Assembly: GCA_964234715.1 (NCBI GenBank)
Contig: OZ174277.1
Strand: one strand, 5' to 3'
DNA: 64,000 bases
Origin: Podarcis melisellensis
Taxonomy: Eukaryota
This document shows, piece by piece, positions 25,514-37,274 of the stretch (positions within the stretch are counted from its first letter, which is position 1; every line of letters starts with the position of its first letter). The notes below the pieces were generated by a model. It was not told where the DNA came from. It made no database searches and worked only from the letters and a program-made list of their open reading frames with translations. A program made the translations under genes and the position numbers.

Positions 25514-25689
25514 GCGGGGTGTCTTTTGACTTTAGCCCTATTGCTCAAAATCAAAGGAGACCCACAGCAAACACTCGTTGTTGACCAAGGCTTTCTCAGT
25601 AATGGAGTCACGATATAACCCAGTATCCTGCCCCTCTTTTATTGGTGAAGTCTTCCAACTCCATCAAAGACCAAAGCAGGCATTAAAAG

Positions 25690-25920
25690 GTGTCTTGAAA
25701 GAGAACTATTTGAAAATGGTTTACGGATGGTATTTAACCCCGAGCAGATTAGCTAAGATGTACAAATCAGAATCTGAAGTAATGAAGGAGAAGGAACATG
25801 TGGTGGACATGCAAAAGAGTATTGGGAAAAGATATATAACAAGATGGGGAAAAAATGTTTAAAACCTTTCCCCCAAAAACCAGAGGCATTCCTTCTGGGA
25901 ATGGCACAGACAGAAGTACC
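25690..25920 (+). mobile_element. L1 ORF2 C-terminal fragment
   Basis: LKENYLKMVYGWYLTPSRLAKMY and KPEAFLLG peptides. Confidence 0.8.
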
Positions 25921-26635
25921 ATATTGGCCCGAAAATAAACCTCACATTTCCCCCCCAAATTCCAATCATGAAAAGTTAAAGTGCGGCTTATATTTGCGAC
26001 TTTACAAAAATTGTCTTTTATGGTAACATGGAGCTCTTGAGACAAGCCAGCACCAAATATGCTGCCTGGCTGGTCCCTGAGCCACCAGAACCGCCGCCAA
26101 AATTGTCGCAACTGGAGGGGAGCCGGGGTGTCCAGTGCAACAGCCAGGGAAGCGGCTCAGAGCCCCCAGGTCCCCCCCAATGGCCTTGACTGGGACTGGG
26201 AGCACAAGAATCCTGGGGAGCAACTTTCCAAGTCCGCTACCAGAAACGGAAGCCCCTGCTATCTCTCCCTGCTATTTGTGTGAAAGGCAAACATCTCTGT
26301 AGTGCACTATTGGACTTTAGGTCCAATATTTTAGGAAACACATTTTTATAGAGAGCATATTATTACATGCATGTTAGCATGTCATGTGTGATTGGGAATG
26401 TGTCAATGCTAACAGCTACCCATGGCATCACATCTGAAGAAGGGCCTCTGAAGAAGAGCTTAAGGGTCAGGGAAGTGGGAGGGAGGAATGAGATCAAGCA
26501 TAACTTCCAAGTTGCCACTAATGGCAATGGAGCATGAGCCTTGATCTCCAGAGAGAGGCTTGATCATCGAGAGATATAGGGGGAAGCAGAAGGGCCCCTG
26601 TGCACCCCCAGAAGAAGCCCAAAGGGGAATTTTGG

Positions 26636-27283
26636 TTTTTTTAATGATAATTTTTATTGAGTTTTCCATATTTAGTCACATTTTATTATATAAGTCTATA
26701 ACCTTAGGCATTGCTCAGAGCATCAACTTCCTTCCTTCCCTCTTTCTGACTTCCAAACATCTTTTAATAAATTCTTAGCATTTCTATAACCACTTTTTAC
26801 CTTCTACCTTCTTTTAACATTTCACCTCATTATATGTAAAATAGCTTCTTATTTTTACATTACAAAACATTTCAACTCAAACTTACAAACGTTTTCAAAT
26901 GTTTACAATTTTCTTTCATGTAAAATATAAATTTGCTCCAGTCCTTTTTTAAAAAAATGATAATATTTATCCAGTCCTTTTTAAACAGTTCGTCGTGCCG
27001 ATTCCGGATCTTCCCCGACAGCTTTGCCAACTCTATGTATCCACCATCTTTGCCTGCCATTCTTCCAGCATAGGAAGTTCCTGCTGCTTCCATTTCTGGG
27101 CCAGAAGTATCCTTGCAGCCGTTGTGGCATACATCTTTTTTATTTCCTCTCCAATTAAACCTAACAAAAATGCCTCTGGTTTTTTGTTGAAATTATATTT
27201 AAAAACCTTCTTTAATTCATTGTATATTATATCCCAGAAGGCTTTGACCTTAGTACAAGACCACCACATATGAAGGAAATTCT
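26636..27283 (-). mobile_element. L1 3'-end fragment
   Basis: HMWWSC...KKPEAFLLG...YATTAARILLAQKWK; T-rich tail on plus strand; 15-bp TSD aaaggggaattttgg. Confidence 0.92.
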
Positions 27284-27789
27284 AAAGGGGAATTTTGGGT
27301 GCTTGTATTGGCAGCGCAAAATTATGAGCTCTCCTGTCCTTCCTGAAGCTCCAAAAGAAACAGTGGAGGGGTGGGATCGAGCTGAAAGCACGACTATCTA
27401 CAGCAAACTCTTGACGAGAAGCCTCCAGCCTTTGATGTGGTAACTTTTTCAATTAATGCAAAGCAAGAGAACTTTAAAATTGATTGAATAAGATAACTAG
27501 GATGATTTGGCATAGTAACTGGGTGAAAGAAAGGAGGTCCGCCCTGGTCATGGCTTGCTCTACTCTGCTCGGGGACAGTTTAAAAGCATGAGAAAAGATT
27601 AATCTTTAAATATTTGGAAACACTTTCCTGCTAAAAAAACCCAGGCAAACTCTATAAGCAGTGAATTGGATTTTGAAAACTCCCCAATTCCAATAGGAAG
27701 GGGGGACATATATGGTTACTTTCGTTCCTAGAACGAAAAAGCAATTAAAACAAGAGATTTCTTTATTTTATTTTTATTTGGGAGAAATA

Positions 27790-28007
27790 CAGTGGTACCT
27801 CGGTTTAAGAACACCTCTGTTTAATAACAATTCGGTTTACGAACTCCACAAAACCGGAAGTAGTGTCCCAGTTTACGAACTTTACCTCGGTCTAAGAATG
27901 GAATCCAAATGGTGGAAGGGCACCAGCGGTGGGAGGCCTCATTAGGGAAAGCGCGCCTCGGTTTAAGAACGGACTTCCAGAACGGATTAAGTTTGTAAAC
28001 CAAGGTA
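27790..28007. mobile_element. Tc1/mariner MITE, right TIR truncated next to the Gypsy LTR
   Basis: TA|cagtggtacctcgg... ends at caaggta. Confidence 0.75.
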
Positions 28008-28016
28008 GTTGGCGGT

Positions 28017-28437
28017 TGTCAGGGAAGAGTTAGAAGTTTCCAGTTTCTCAGAGGGAGAAAGCATTCCCCAAGAGGGGAAGGAGAGCAGTGAAGCTAATAG
28101 AAGGGAGCAAGAGGAACAAGAGGGAGGGACCGGCTGTTCCCAGGAAAGGCAAGGGTTCAGTTCTAGCTCAGATTGGGAGGAGGGGAGATACAGGCCAGCT
28201 CTAGCCAGGAGGGTAGAAAAAAGAGCCGGAAAGCGAAGGGAAAGGCGCCTTCGCCATTTTGAGGGTGGCTGGTCACGGAGAAGCAGAGCTCAGAGGGTAT
28301 CTGAAAGAAGTGACTCTGAGGAATAATAGTTAAGAACCGTTTATAAGATTGTTTTGTTAATACACAATAAAATGTTTTATAAAAGAACAAGAAGCGTTTG
28401 TGTGGTGATCTGAAGAGGACAACGACCAGTCCTTACA
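28017..28437 (+). repeat. 5' LTR (421 bp)
   Basis: TG...CA ends; AATAAA near 28367; about 12 differences from the solo copy at 51770. Confidence 0.93.
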
Positions 28438-28489
28438 GAATACCTTCTGCTCTGCACCTCTTCACTATAAGTAAGAAGGAGAAGCCAGA

Positions 28490-29539
28490 ATGGAGGGAGC
28501 TGGGGCGCCAGTTGGGCAAGGAGAAACCCCAGCGCTCCAGCTAACATTACAGGACTTATGGCAACAGAGCTTACAGTTGAAAAGTCAAGTCGACATACTA
28601 TCAGCAGCATTGGGAGAACATAGAGCCATGCTGCAAGCGACGTGTGGAGATAGAGTGAGTAAAACATTTACTATACGTCCACGTAGCTTCAAGGGGGAAA
28701 GCTCGGAATATATGGCTTTCAAGACAGAAATTTCTTTCATAATTGAGATAAAGGATGAAGAATTTCAATCTGAGCAAGAGAAGGTTGCTTATGTGATTAA
28801 TTTCAGGGAAGGGAGGGCTAAGGACTGTGTTATACCCCTAATATCTCGGAGGGATGCCGCCCTAGGAAATCTACAAATTTTTCTGCAGTATCTAGACGCG
28901 ATTTTCTTAGACCCTGCGCATGAAGTAACCACAGCTAGGCAGCTGTTGAGAATGAGACAAGGAAAAGACACTGTGGGAGTTTATTGGTCCAACTTTAGTT
29001 TGCTGGTACAGAAATTAAAATGGGATCTGAATTCCCCAACAATTGCAGCCCTTTTTAGGGAAGGACTGAATAATGAGATTTTAGACCAATTGGCCCAAAT
29101 GCCAGAATCTAGTTCCTTGGACTCTCTGGTCCGAACGTGCCTGCAATTGAGCCTACGCATAGAACGGAGGGCTAGTGAAAAGAAGGAACAATGGAGACCG
29201 CGGTGGCGGGAAAACAATATTATAGAAAGTACAGAGAGCAGAGCGGGTAACGTGCCAGGACGAGAGCGGCCAGAGCCCATGGAATTGGGGGCAGCCAGAC
29301 CCCTCCCAGTTACTACCTCTTCCATGGTAAGAGGAAATGCAGGGAGAGGAAGAGACATGAGGCGTTGCTTTGTCTGTGGAAAACCAGGGCATCTGGCACG
29401 ACAATGTCGCAATCGTAAAGGATGGGAGTCTCTATCTGGAGCAGACATGGGAGAAGACAATTGCCCGAAGGAACTGCATCAGGGAAACGAATGTCCCCGG
29501 CTGGAAATGGGACCTTACAGCCGGGTGGAGAAGCAATAG
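28490..29539 (+). CDS. Gypsy gag ORF (349 aa)
   Basis: LRMRQG..V..Y...F capsid motif; FREGLN; PEPMELGA; CCHC knuckle CFVCGKPGHLARQC. Confidence 0.88.
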   Translation: MEGAGAPVGQGETPALQLTLQDLWQQSLQLKSQVDILSAALGEHRAMLQATCGDRVSKTFTIRPRSFKGESSEYMAFKTEISFIIEIKDEEFQSEQEKVAYVINFREGRAKDCVIPLISRRDAALGNLQIFLQYLDAIFLDPAHEVTTARQLLRMRQGKDTVGVYWSNFSLLVQKLKWDLNSPTIAALFREGLNNEILDQLAQMPESSSLDSLVRTCLQLSLRIERRASEKKEQWRPRWRENNIIESTESRAGNVPGRERPEPMELGAARPLPVTTSSMVRGNAGRGRDMRRCFVCGKPGHLARQCRNRKGWESLSGADMGEDNCPKELHQGNECPRLEMGPYSRVEKQ

Positions 29540-29548
29540 AAGGCTCTC
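29482..29548 (+). promoter_or_regulatory. -1 programmed ribosomal frameshift signal (slippery heptamer plus predicted pseudoknot)
   Basis: G_GGA_AAC in the gag frame; stem cccggctg/cagccggg; protease motif LLDSGAS lies in the -1 frame. Confidence 0.8.
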
Positions 29549-31200
29549 ACGCGGAACCACCTATTCCAGAACTAACGGTGAAGGTGCAACTACAACTACC
29601 CAATGGACACAGGGTCCAGGTAGAGGCGCTGTTAGACTCAGGAGCGTCAGCAGATTTCATAGACCAAAACACAAAATCACTTTGTTACCTTTGAACTTCC
29701 CACTGCGAGTGAAAACAATCGACATCAGACCGCTACTTACAGGAGAAGTGACTTACGAGACTCCACCAATGAGAATGGATATGGGTAATCACTCAGAGAC
29801 CAGGGCATTTCATGTGACCAAACTAGCTGGGCACCCGATGGTGCTGGGCATGAGTTGGCTCAATCGTCATAATCCGGTGATTGCCTGGCATCAAAGGTCT
29901 TTAGTTTTTGGTTCAATATATTGTATGACACATTGTTTGGGGCAAAAGGTAAAAATCTTGGTGGAAGTAATGGGAACAGAGGTAGCAGGGAAGTTGATGG
30001 GGAATGAAAGTGAGATTCCATCGCAATATATTGCTTATTGGGATGTTTTTAGTGAAAAAGAAGCGGATAAACTTCCACCACATAGGCCCTATGATTGCAA
30101 GATAGATCTAGTCCCTGGGGCACAGTTGCCACCAAGCAAGATATATGCCATGTCGGAAGTAGAATCTGCAGCCAAAGTCTTCACCAAGCTTGATCTACGA
30201 GGAGCATATAATCTGATAAGGGTCAGAGAAGGGGATGAGTGGAAAACCAGTTTTTGTACTAAGTATGGTGCATTTGAATTCTTGGTAATGCCTTTTGGCT
30301 TGCAAAATGGCTCAGGGGTATTTCAAACCTTCATCAATCACGTCTTAGCAGGTATACTGGATCAGTTCTGTGTCTCTTATTTAGATGACCTCTTAATATA
30401 TAGTGAAAGTATGGAGGAACATGTAAAACATGTCACGCAGGTGTTAGAGAGATTGAGGACCAACAGGTTATATGTGAAGTTAGAAAAGTGTAAGTTCCAC
30501 ACACAAAAGGTGGAGTTCCTGGGATATTGCATTTCCCACGAAGGGGTGCACATGGACCCCAGTAAAGTTCAGGCAGTGGTGGAATGGGAGGCACCTAAAA
30601 CTAAGAAAGATCTACAAAGGTTTTTAGGATTTGCTAATTTCTATCGTAAATTCATAAGTAATTACTCCAAAATCACAACACCACTGACTGATTGTCTAAG
30701 AGGCATGGGGCCATTCAGATGGTCTGAGGAAGCACAGAAGGCCTTTGATAAATTAAAGGTGGTGTTTGCTTCAGAAAAATATCTTATGCACCTAGATCCA
30801 AGTAAACGTATAAAGGTAGAAACTGACGCCTCTGATAGGGCTATTGGGGCCATTCTGCTGCAACAGGACAAGGAAGGGGACTGGAGACCCTGTGCCTTCT
30901 ACTCTAGAAAATTAAATCAATCTGAACAAAACTACACCATATTTGATAAGGAACTTTTAGCTGTGCATGCTGCCTTTAAAGTGTGGAGACATTTTTTGGA
31001 AGGGGCGTCACATCAGGTGGTGGTACAAACAGATCATAAGAATTTAGAGTATTGGAGAACTGCTAGACAGCTAAACCAAAGGCAACTTAGGTGGGCGGAG
31101 TTTTTTGCTGGGTTTAATTTTAGGATTGAGTACATACCTGGGCATCAAAACATTCGTGCAGACACGCTATCGCACAAACCTGAGTATATGGAAGGGGAAG
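29489..31200 (+). pseudogene. Gypsy pol (protease-RT-RNase H), defective
   Basis: ALLDSGAS; LPPHRPYDCKIDL; KLDLRGAY; YLDD; ETDASD; TDHKNL. Frameshift near 29665; internal RT deletion near 30160. Confidence 0.9.
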
Positions 31201-31432
31201 TTATATCAATCATGATAGGAGGCCTTTATGCCTGTCTAATTCTGTGTTCCTTTTATCCCTTGATGATTAATGTCTTACATGCAATCCTTGTAATGCATTT
31301 GTATTAACCAATCAGCAACAAGCACATATGTGGCAATGCTGTAATATTCAATAAAAGGGACTCCCCCCCACATGTTCGGGAGATGCCTCCCAGATGACAC
31401 TCGCTACCTGTCTGTCGTTATTTCAACCCAAC
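31200..31432 (+). mobile_element. Possible 3' part of an unrelated LTR
   Basis: CCAAT, AATAAA and ...caaca end; no similarity to the 421-bp LTR. Confidence 0.3.
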
Positions 31433-34400
31433 ACTAAGGTAGATAAAGCAGATACATTAAGGGATCTGAAAAAAGACTTAAGAGAGAATACAGATAAATT
31501 GGAGAAAATGACTGGGAAAACAGGAGAGAACACCAAAACTTTGGAGGGTTTAACAGTACAGATTAAAGAATTTACAACTAAAACATCAGATTTGGAAAAC
31601 CCTGCCTGGTGATTTTTAATTCATGAATGGTAGGTGAACTACCAAAAAAAAAGGCTTACAATTGATCATAAGAAATCCTGATGAGATTGCTTTCAAAAAT
31701 GGAATAAATATAAATTTTTGACTGAAGCATTGAAAAATAATAAGATTCCATATAGGTGGGAGTTCCCTGAGGGTGTCTCATTTACATATAAAGGGAAAAA
31801 GCAAAAATGCAAAAGTGTACAAGATATGGAGAAGTTTTGGAGAAAATATAAAAAACAACTTGGAGGAAAAAAGCCTGAAGCAGTAGGTGCAGAAGGGGAA
31901 ACAGATCCGGCAGAAAAAGAAGACGATAAACAACAGCACACTTAATTAGACCTTTTTATTTATAAAATATATAAATAAAAGAGAAAAAAGAATTTGAAAT
32001 TTTTAACTTGGAATGTTAGCGGACTAAACAATAAATTGAAAGGGAGTAAAACAGACCATGTATTACAAAAAGAGAATTTGGACATAATATGCTTGCAAGA
32101 AACACATGTAGCAAGAATACACAGAAGAGTCTTGATAAATAAATGATTGGGGATGGACTTTATGACATTAGACCAAAAAAAAGGAGGGGTGGTAATTTAT
32201 GCTAAAAAATATAATCCGAAACAGTTATTTAAAGATGATTATGGAAGAATGACAGCAATAGAAATAACCTTACAAGGAAAAAAAATTGTGATAATTGGGA
32301 TCTATTTGCCAAATTATTAAAAAATTGGAATTTTTTTAAGAACTGAAAGAAAAGTTGTATGAGCTTATGGATCAAAAGATAATATTAATGGGTGATTTAA
32401 ATGGGGTAGTCTCCTTAGAAATTGACAGGACAATAAGAAAAATGGATTCAAAAGAAGGCAGACTACCTGTCACTTTCTTTAATATGGTAGAGAACGTAAA
32501 ATTGACATTTGGCGATTTAGACACCCATTTGAAAGACAATATACCCATTTTTCTGAACCAAATTAATTTGCAGGAAGAATGGACTAGATATGGACATCAA
32601 ATGAACTAACACTGAGAACAAAAAGAATAGAAATACAACCAAGGACACTTTCAGATCACAATCCAGTGTTACTAGAATTGAAATGAAAACTCCACATTTA
32701 GGTCAAGTTTAAATTAAGGACTTTTAGATAACCAACTAACTTTGCAAAAAGCAGAAAAAAATCTTGAAATATAATTTTGAATTAAATTTTAATCAAGGGA
32801 CAGAACTTAATATGGTCTGGGATACAAGCAAAGCAGTGATGAGAGGATTTTTGTATTCAACAGAGTGCATATCAAAAAAAGGTTAGCGAAGGTAAAAATA
32901 AAGAAATTTTGGAAGAACTGATTAGAAATGAAGAAGAACTGATTAAAAAAATTGCAAAAGATTCAATAAAAGAAAATATAAAAATGTTACAGACATAATT
33001 CTCAATGTTAGTGAACCAAGAAATTGAATGGAAGATTAAAATGCTAAGGCAGAAAAAACTGAATTTGCAAATAAACCAGGAAAACTACTTGCTTGGCAAT
33101 TTTAAAAAATGTAATAAACAAATTGAAAGTAGAAGCTAAAATAATAGATAACCTGAAGGATATCAGAAGACAATTTGTAAAATATTACACAAAGCTATAT
33201 TGAGCCAGTAAAATAAACAAAGATACAATTGAAGAATACTTAAAGTAGAGTAATTTACCCAAAATCCTGAAGGAGAAAATTAATTATTTGAATGCACCAA
33301 TAACGATACAGGAGGTGCAACAAGGAATTAATCATTCAAAATTAGGTAAATCACCACGGTCATATTTATCAGCTAAATATTATAAAAAAACTACAAGACT
33401 TTCTGATACAGTCGCTGAAGCATGTAACGAATAAATGTTGAACACGGAAAAATCCAGATTTATGGAAAGAGGCATATATAACATTACTTCTGAAACAAGA
33501 CATGGACCTGCTCTCAGTAAATACTATAGGCCGATTTCTCTGCTCAACGATTATAAATTGTTCGCCAATATTATGGTGAACCGTTCAAAACTGATGTTAA
33601 AAGAGTTAATTCATCAGGATCAAGCTGGCTTTCTTCCTGGCTGAACAGATAAAGGATAATATAAGGAATATAATTGACATAATAGAATATCTGGAAGTAA
33701 GGAATGAAAAACAAGCAGCTCTGATGTTTGTGGATGCAGAGAAGGCCTTTGATAATGTGTCTTGGATCTTTATGAAAAAAATCTATGGAGATGATGAATT
33801 TTGGAGAATCATTTCTAAGAGGAATTGGTGCAATTTAAACAGATCAGCAGGCAATGCTGACAGTGAATAATGTAATATCAGAAAAGTGTACAATTACAAA
33901 AGGGACAAGACAGGGTTGCCCCTATCACCGTTATTGTTTATTTTAGTATTAGAGACCCTGGTGAGGAACATAAGATCTGATGAAGAAATAAAAGGTATAA
34001 CAGTTGGGTGCAAAGTGTAGAAATTGAGAGCATTTGCAGACGACCTTGTAACAACAGTAGAAGACCTGTTGGCGAGCATACCAAAGATATTAGACAAATT
34101 ATCTGAGTTCAGACAGGTAACAGGATTCAAGCTAAATAAAAATAAAATGAAAGTATTAGTGAAAAATATGAATGCATAAAAATATGAAAGTATTAGTGAA
34201 AAAATAAAAATGAGCTACAACTAGCAACACTAATTAATTGAAAAAAGGTGAAGTATCTGGGGGTATGGCTAACAGCTAAGAATATAAATATTTTTAAGGA
34301 AAACTATGTAACAATGTGGAAAGAGATGAAGAAAAATATGGATGTCTGGGGAAGGATGAATTTATTGTTTTGGGGAAGAATTTCAGTGATGAAAATGAAT

Positions 34401-35085
34401 GTATTGCCAAGAATGTTATTCTTATTTCAAACAATACCCAGGGTATGCAGAGAGAGACACTTCAAACAATGGCAAAAATCCCGCTTGCTGCCTTGCCTTC
34501 TTCCATAGCTGCGCGCAACCCCTCCGCAAGGAGAGGCTGCACGGGGCTATGGCTTCTTTAAAATAACGTTTGTGAAAAAGAGAGAGGCCTTTTTGCTAAG
34601 TATTTTAGGTACAGAGATTCCGAAGGAGCAGAAATGACTATTTATGTACGCAACGACAGCAGCACAGATACTACTGGCCCGGAGATGGAAAGAAGACAAA
34701 GTTCTAATCAGAGACGAATGGCTGGTGAAGATGATGGACTATGCGGAAATTGTGAAATTGACTGGGAAAATCAGAAACCAGGAAGAGAAGAAATTTAAGA
34801 AGGAATGGGAAAAAATTATAATGTATTTAAGAGAACACTGTAAACAACTAAAAACTCTGGCAGGATTTGAGTAATACTTGTAATGTACGAAAAACTATGG
34901 ATTATTTTTCTTTAAAAAATAGAGAAAATAAGGCAAGCAGTTGGAAAAAAAGATTGATAATGGTAACCATGGAAGAGGGGAGGGGAGTCGGAGAATTCAG
35001 GGAATCCTAAATGATGATGTGGATGTTTTGTTTGAATTTAAATTTGTTATGTAAAACTCAATAAATATATATATATATTTTTAAA
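31433..35085 (+). mobile_element. Decayed L1 (ORF1 remnant, ORF2 with many stops and deletions, 3' UTR)
   Basis: YRWEFPEG (ORF1); MGDLNG; YRPISLLN; IHQDQAGFLPG; KMNVLPRMLFLFQTIP; AATAAA tail. Confidence 0.9.
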
Positions 35086-35358
35086 GAAATACCAAGCATA
35101 ACTTCAGGTAACTGGTCCCAAACAATTCAAGGCTTTAAACATCAAAAGCAGCACTTAACGTTGTACTGCAGCTGGAAAAGTCCCCGGGAGCTTTTTGAGT
35201 AAAGAGCCTGCACCCAATTAATCTCAAAAAAGAGGTACTGGCGGTTTCCCCATTTTCATGGTCTAGTGCATCTATTAACACTTTGCACAAGATGTATTAT
35301 GTATTACTCTTGGAGCAACTGCTCATGTAATTTTGGGCTCAGAATAGTTTTGTTGTAC

Positions 35359-35529
35359 CTTTCACACCTGGAAGACCGTGCATTCCATCCACCCCAGGGA
35401 GACCAGGCTCACCAGCCTTGCCTTTAGTTCCAATGAAACCAGGTTCACCTCTGTCACCTGCCAGACCTTTCATTCCTACAGGACCAGGTTTCCCTGGGTC
35501 TCCTGCATCTCCTCTGGCACCCGGTGAGC
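35359..35529 (-). CDS. COL4A2: COL4A2 exon (ex31 equivalent, 171 bp)
   Basis: [57 protein letters not shown]. Confidence 0.95.
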
Positions 35530-36349
35530 CTATAAATATATGTTGAAAAGAAACAGAAGAATATAATGGATATAATGCAGCCACTGGAAAGCAGTCATTG
35601 TGCAGCTTGTATTGATATGAAAACACATCAAATAAAGAACAAAACCAGTAAATTATTGATGGAATATTTTCCAAATTCTAGACATGCCCCCCCTTGCCCT
35701 TATCCCACTTTGAACAGCTGTGAGTCCTCCACTCACTATGTCCTGAGTGGTTCAGAGGCAAAGCCTATTTCTCTCTGGACAACATGGCAGTCAAGGAAGA
35801 AAGCGAAATGGGAAACGGGGGAAGAGAATGTGTGGCTCCTGATACCTTTGGTCCTGCCTGTTGCCTACTTTGGCCCCTCCCACCACTGGTGTGCAGTCCT
35901 AAAAAGTTACTATTAAGTGAATGCTGCTCTTGATATAAAGTTTCCCAAGTGCTATTTTAGACCTCAAAAACTTCAAATATGGTTAAATTTTAAAGAGCAA
36001 ATTTGTGAACTAGGGAAATTCACTGCCTTTTCTTTCCAGTTGATGGTGAAAAAATGACATAGTCCTGTCATCTATGTATTACTTATGTAAGACAGACTCA
36101 GATGCAGAATAAATTATGTTAGACCTAAGTATGCTTTTCTAAGCTTTTATACACCTGTGGTTTGTTGTCTGTGGTCAATCAGAAGCTGTGCTTTGGAAGT
36201 CAAACGTTTCAGAAGTTGAACAGACTTCCAGAACAGATTCTGTTCGACTTCCAAGGTACGACTGTATATGCTGTACAGTTTATTTTGTGTATGGATGAAA
36301 ATTACTGTTTGGCAATATACTGTAACAAAGAACTATCTGTATATCGGAA

Positions 36350-36351
36350 AC

Positions 36352-36390
<39 letters not shown>
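36350..36390. repeat. (CA)n microsatellite
   Basis: About 20 CA units. Confidence 0.95.
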
Positions 36391-36391
<1 letters not shown>

Positions 36392-37112
36392 CATGCATGC
36401 AAGGATACTACTTTTGTTTCTAAGACAATGCAGTCATGCGTTACAGCAGCCACAGGCTTAGAAGAGGCACCTTATTTTTTCACACACTGAAGTGAATGTC
36501 CCTTAAGATCTGCAGTTCTTATAAATACACACATATATATGTGTGTATGTATGTGTGTATAATGTGTGTGTGTGTGTGTAATTTAATTGGTGGCAACTCA
36601 TTAGTAAGCCTAAAGTTTGTAAACCACCAATCCAATAAATATGGCATCCTCAGTAATAATGCTCATGTGCAGTCTACCACATGGTTCAGACTGGGCTGAA
36701 TTACAGTGTAGACAGCATACAAACATCCCATCTAGCTAGATGGACAACTGACAAGAAACAACATTTTGCAAGGATCTCTGCATTGGTGGCATAACATTTG
36801 AATCATGTAAGAAGCTGGTATAATGCAGATGTTAAAAGTGTGCACCGCACACTAAAGTCAACAGCCAATCGTCCATGGCTTAAATCTTAAAAGGACTATG
36901 ATTGTACCATGTTGGCAGTATTAACAGGGAAAAGCTACTCCATGTGAATGCTTGAAATAATAAGCTCCTATGAAAGTTTAATGGAATGACATTGCACCCC
37001 CAAAGGTCCCACACCAGTAGTTTGAGATCACCTTTCCCCAGGAAAGTGCTAAAGATGCCCAGGCAAAGTACAAGGAAAATCACATTTGGGAAGCACGCGG
37101 GACGATCCTCAC

Positions 37113-37274
37113 CTACAAACCCTGGTGAGCCAGCTCTGCCCGTGATCCCTTGCTGGCCTGGCAGTCCAGGGAATCCAAATGGTCCTTGTGGTCCTGGCAA
37201 ACCAGTCAAGCCAGCAGGGCCAGGAGACCCAGGATGCCCTTTAGCTCCAGGCTGACCTGGAATGCCATCACTTC
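37113..37274 (-). CDS. COL4A2: COL4A2 exon (ex30 equivalent, 162 bp)
   Basis: [54 protein letters not shown]. Confidence 0.95.

Larger units (their letters stand above)
28017..31200 (+). mobile_element. Ty3/Gypsy LTR retrotransposon, Tf1/sushi (PEG10-related) group, 3'-truncated
   Basis: 5' LTR, gag, protease, RT and RNase H present; no integrase and no 3' LTR. Confidence 0.93.

Noticed and set aside
29370-29665. N-terminus of the 645-aa ORF as a real pol start
   Set aside because: Off-frame read-through. The protease begins in the -1 frame of gag and joins this frame only after a mutational frameshift.
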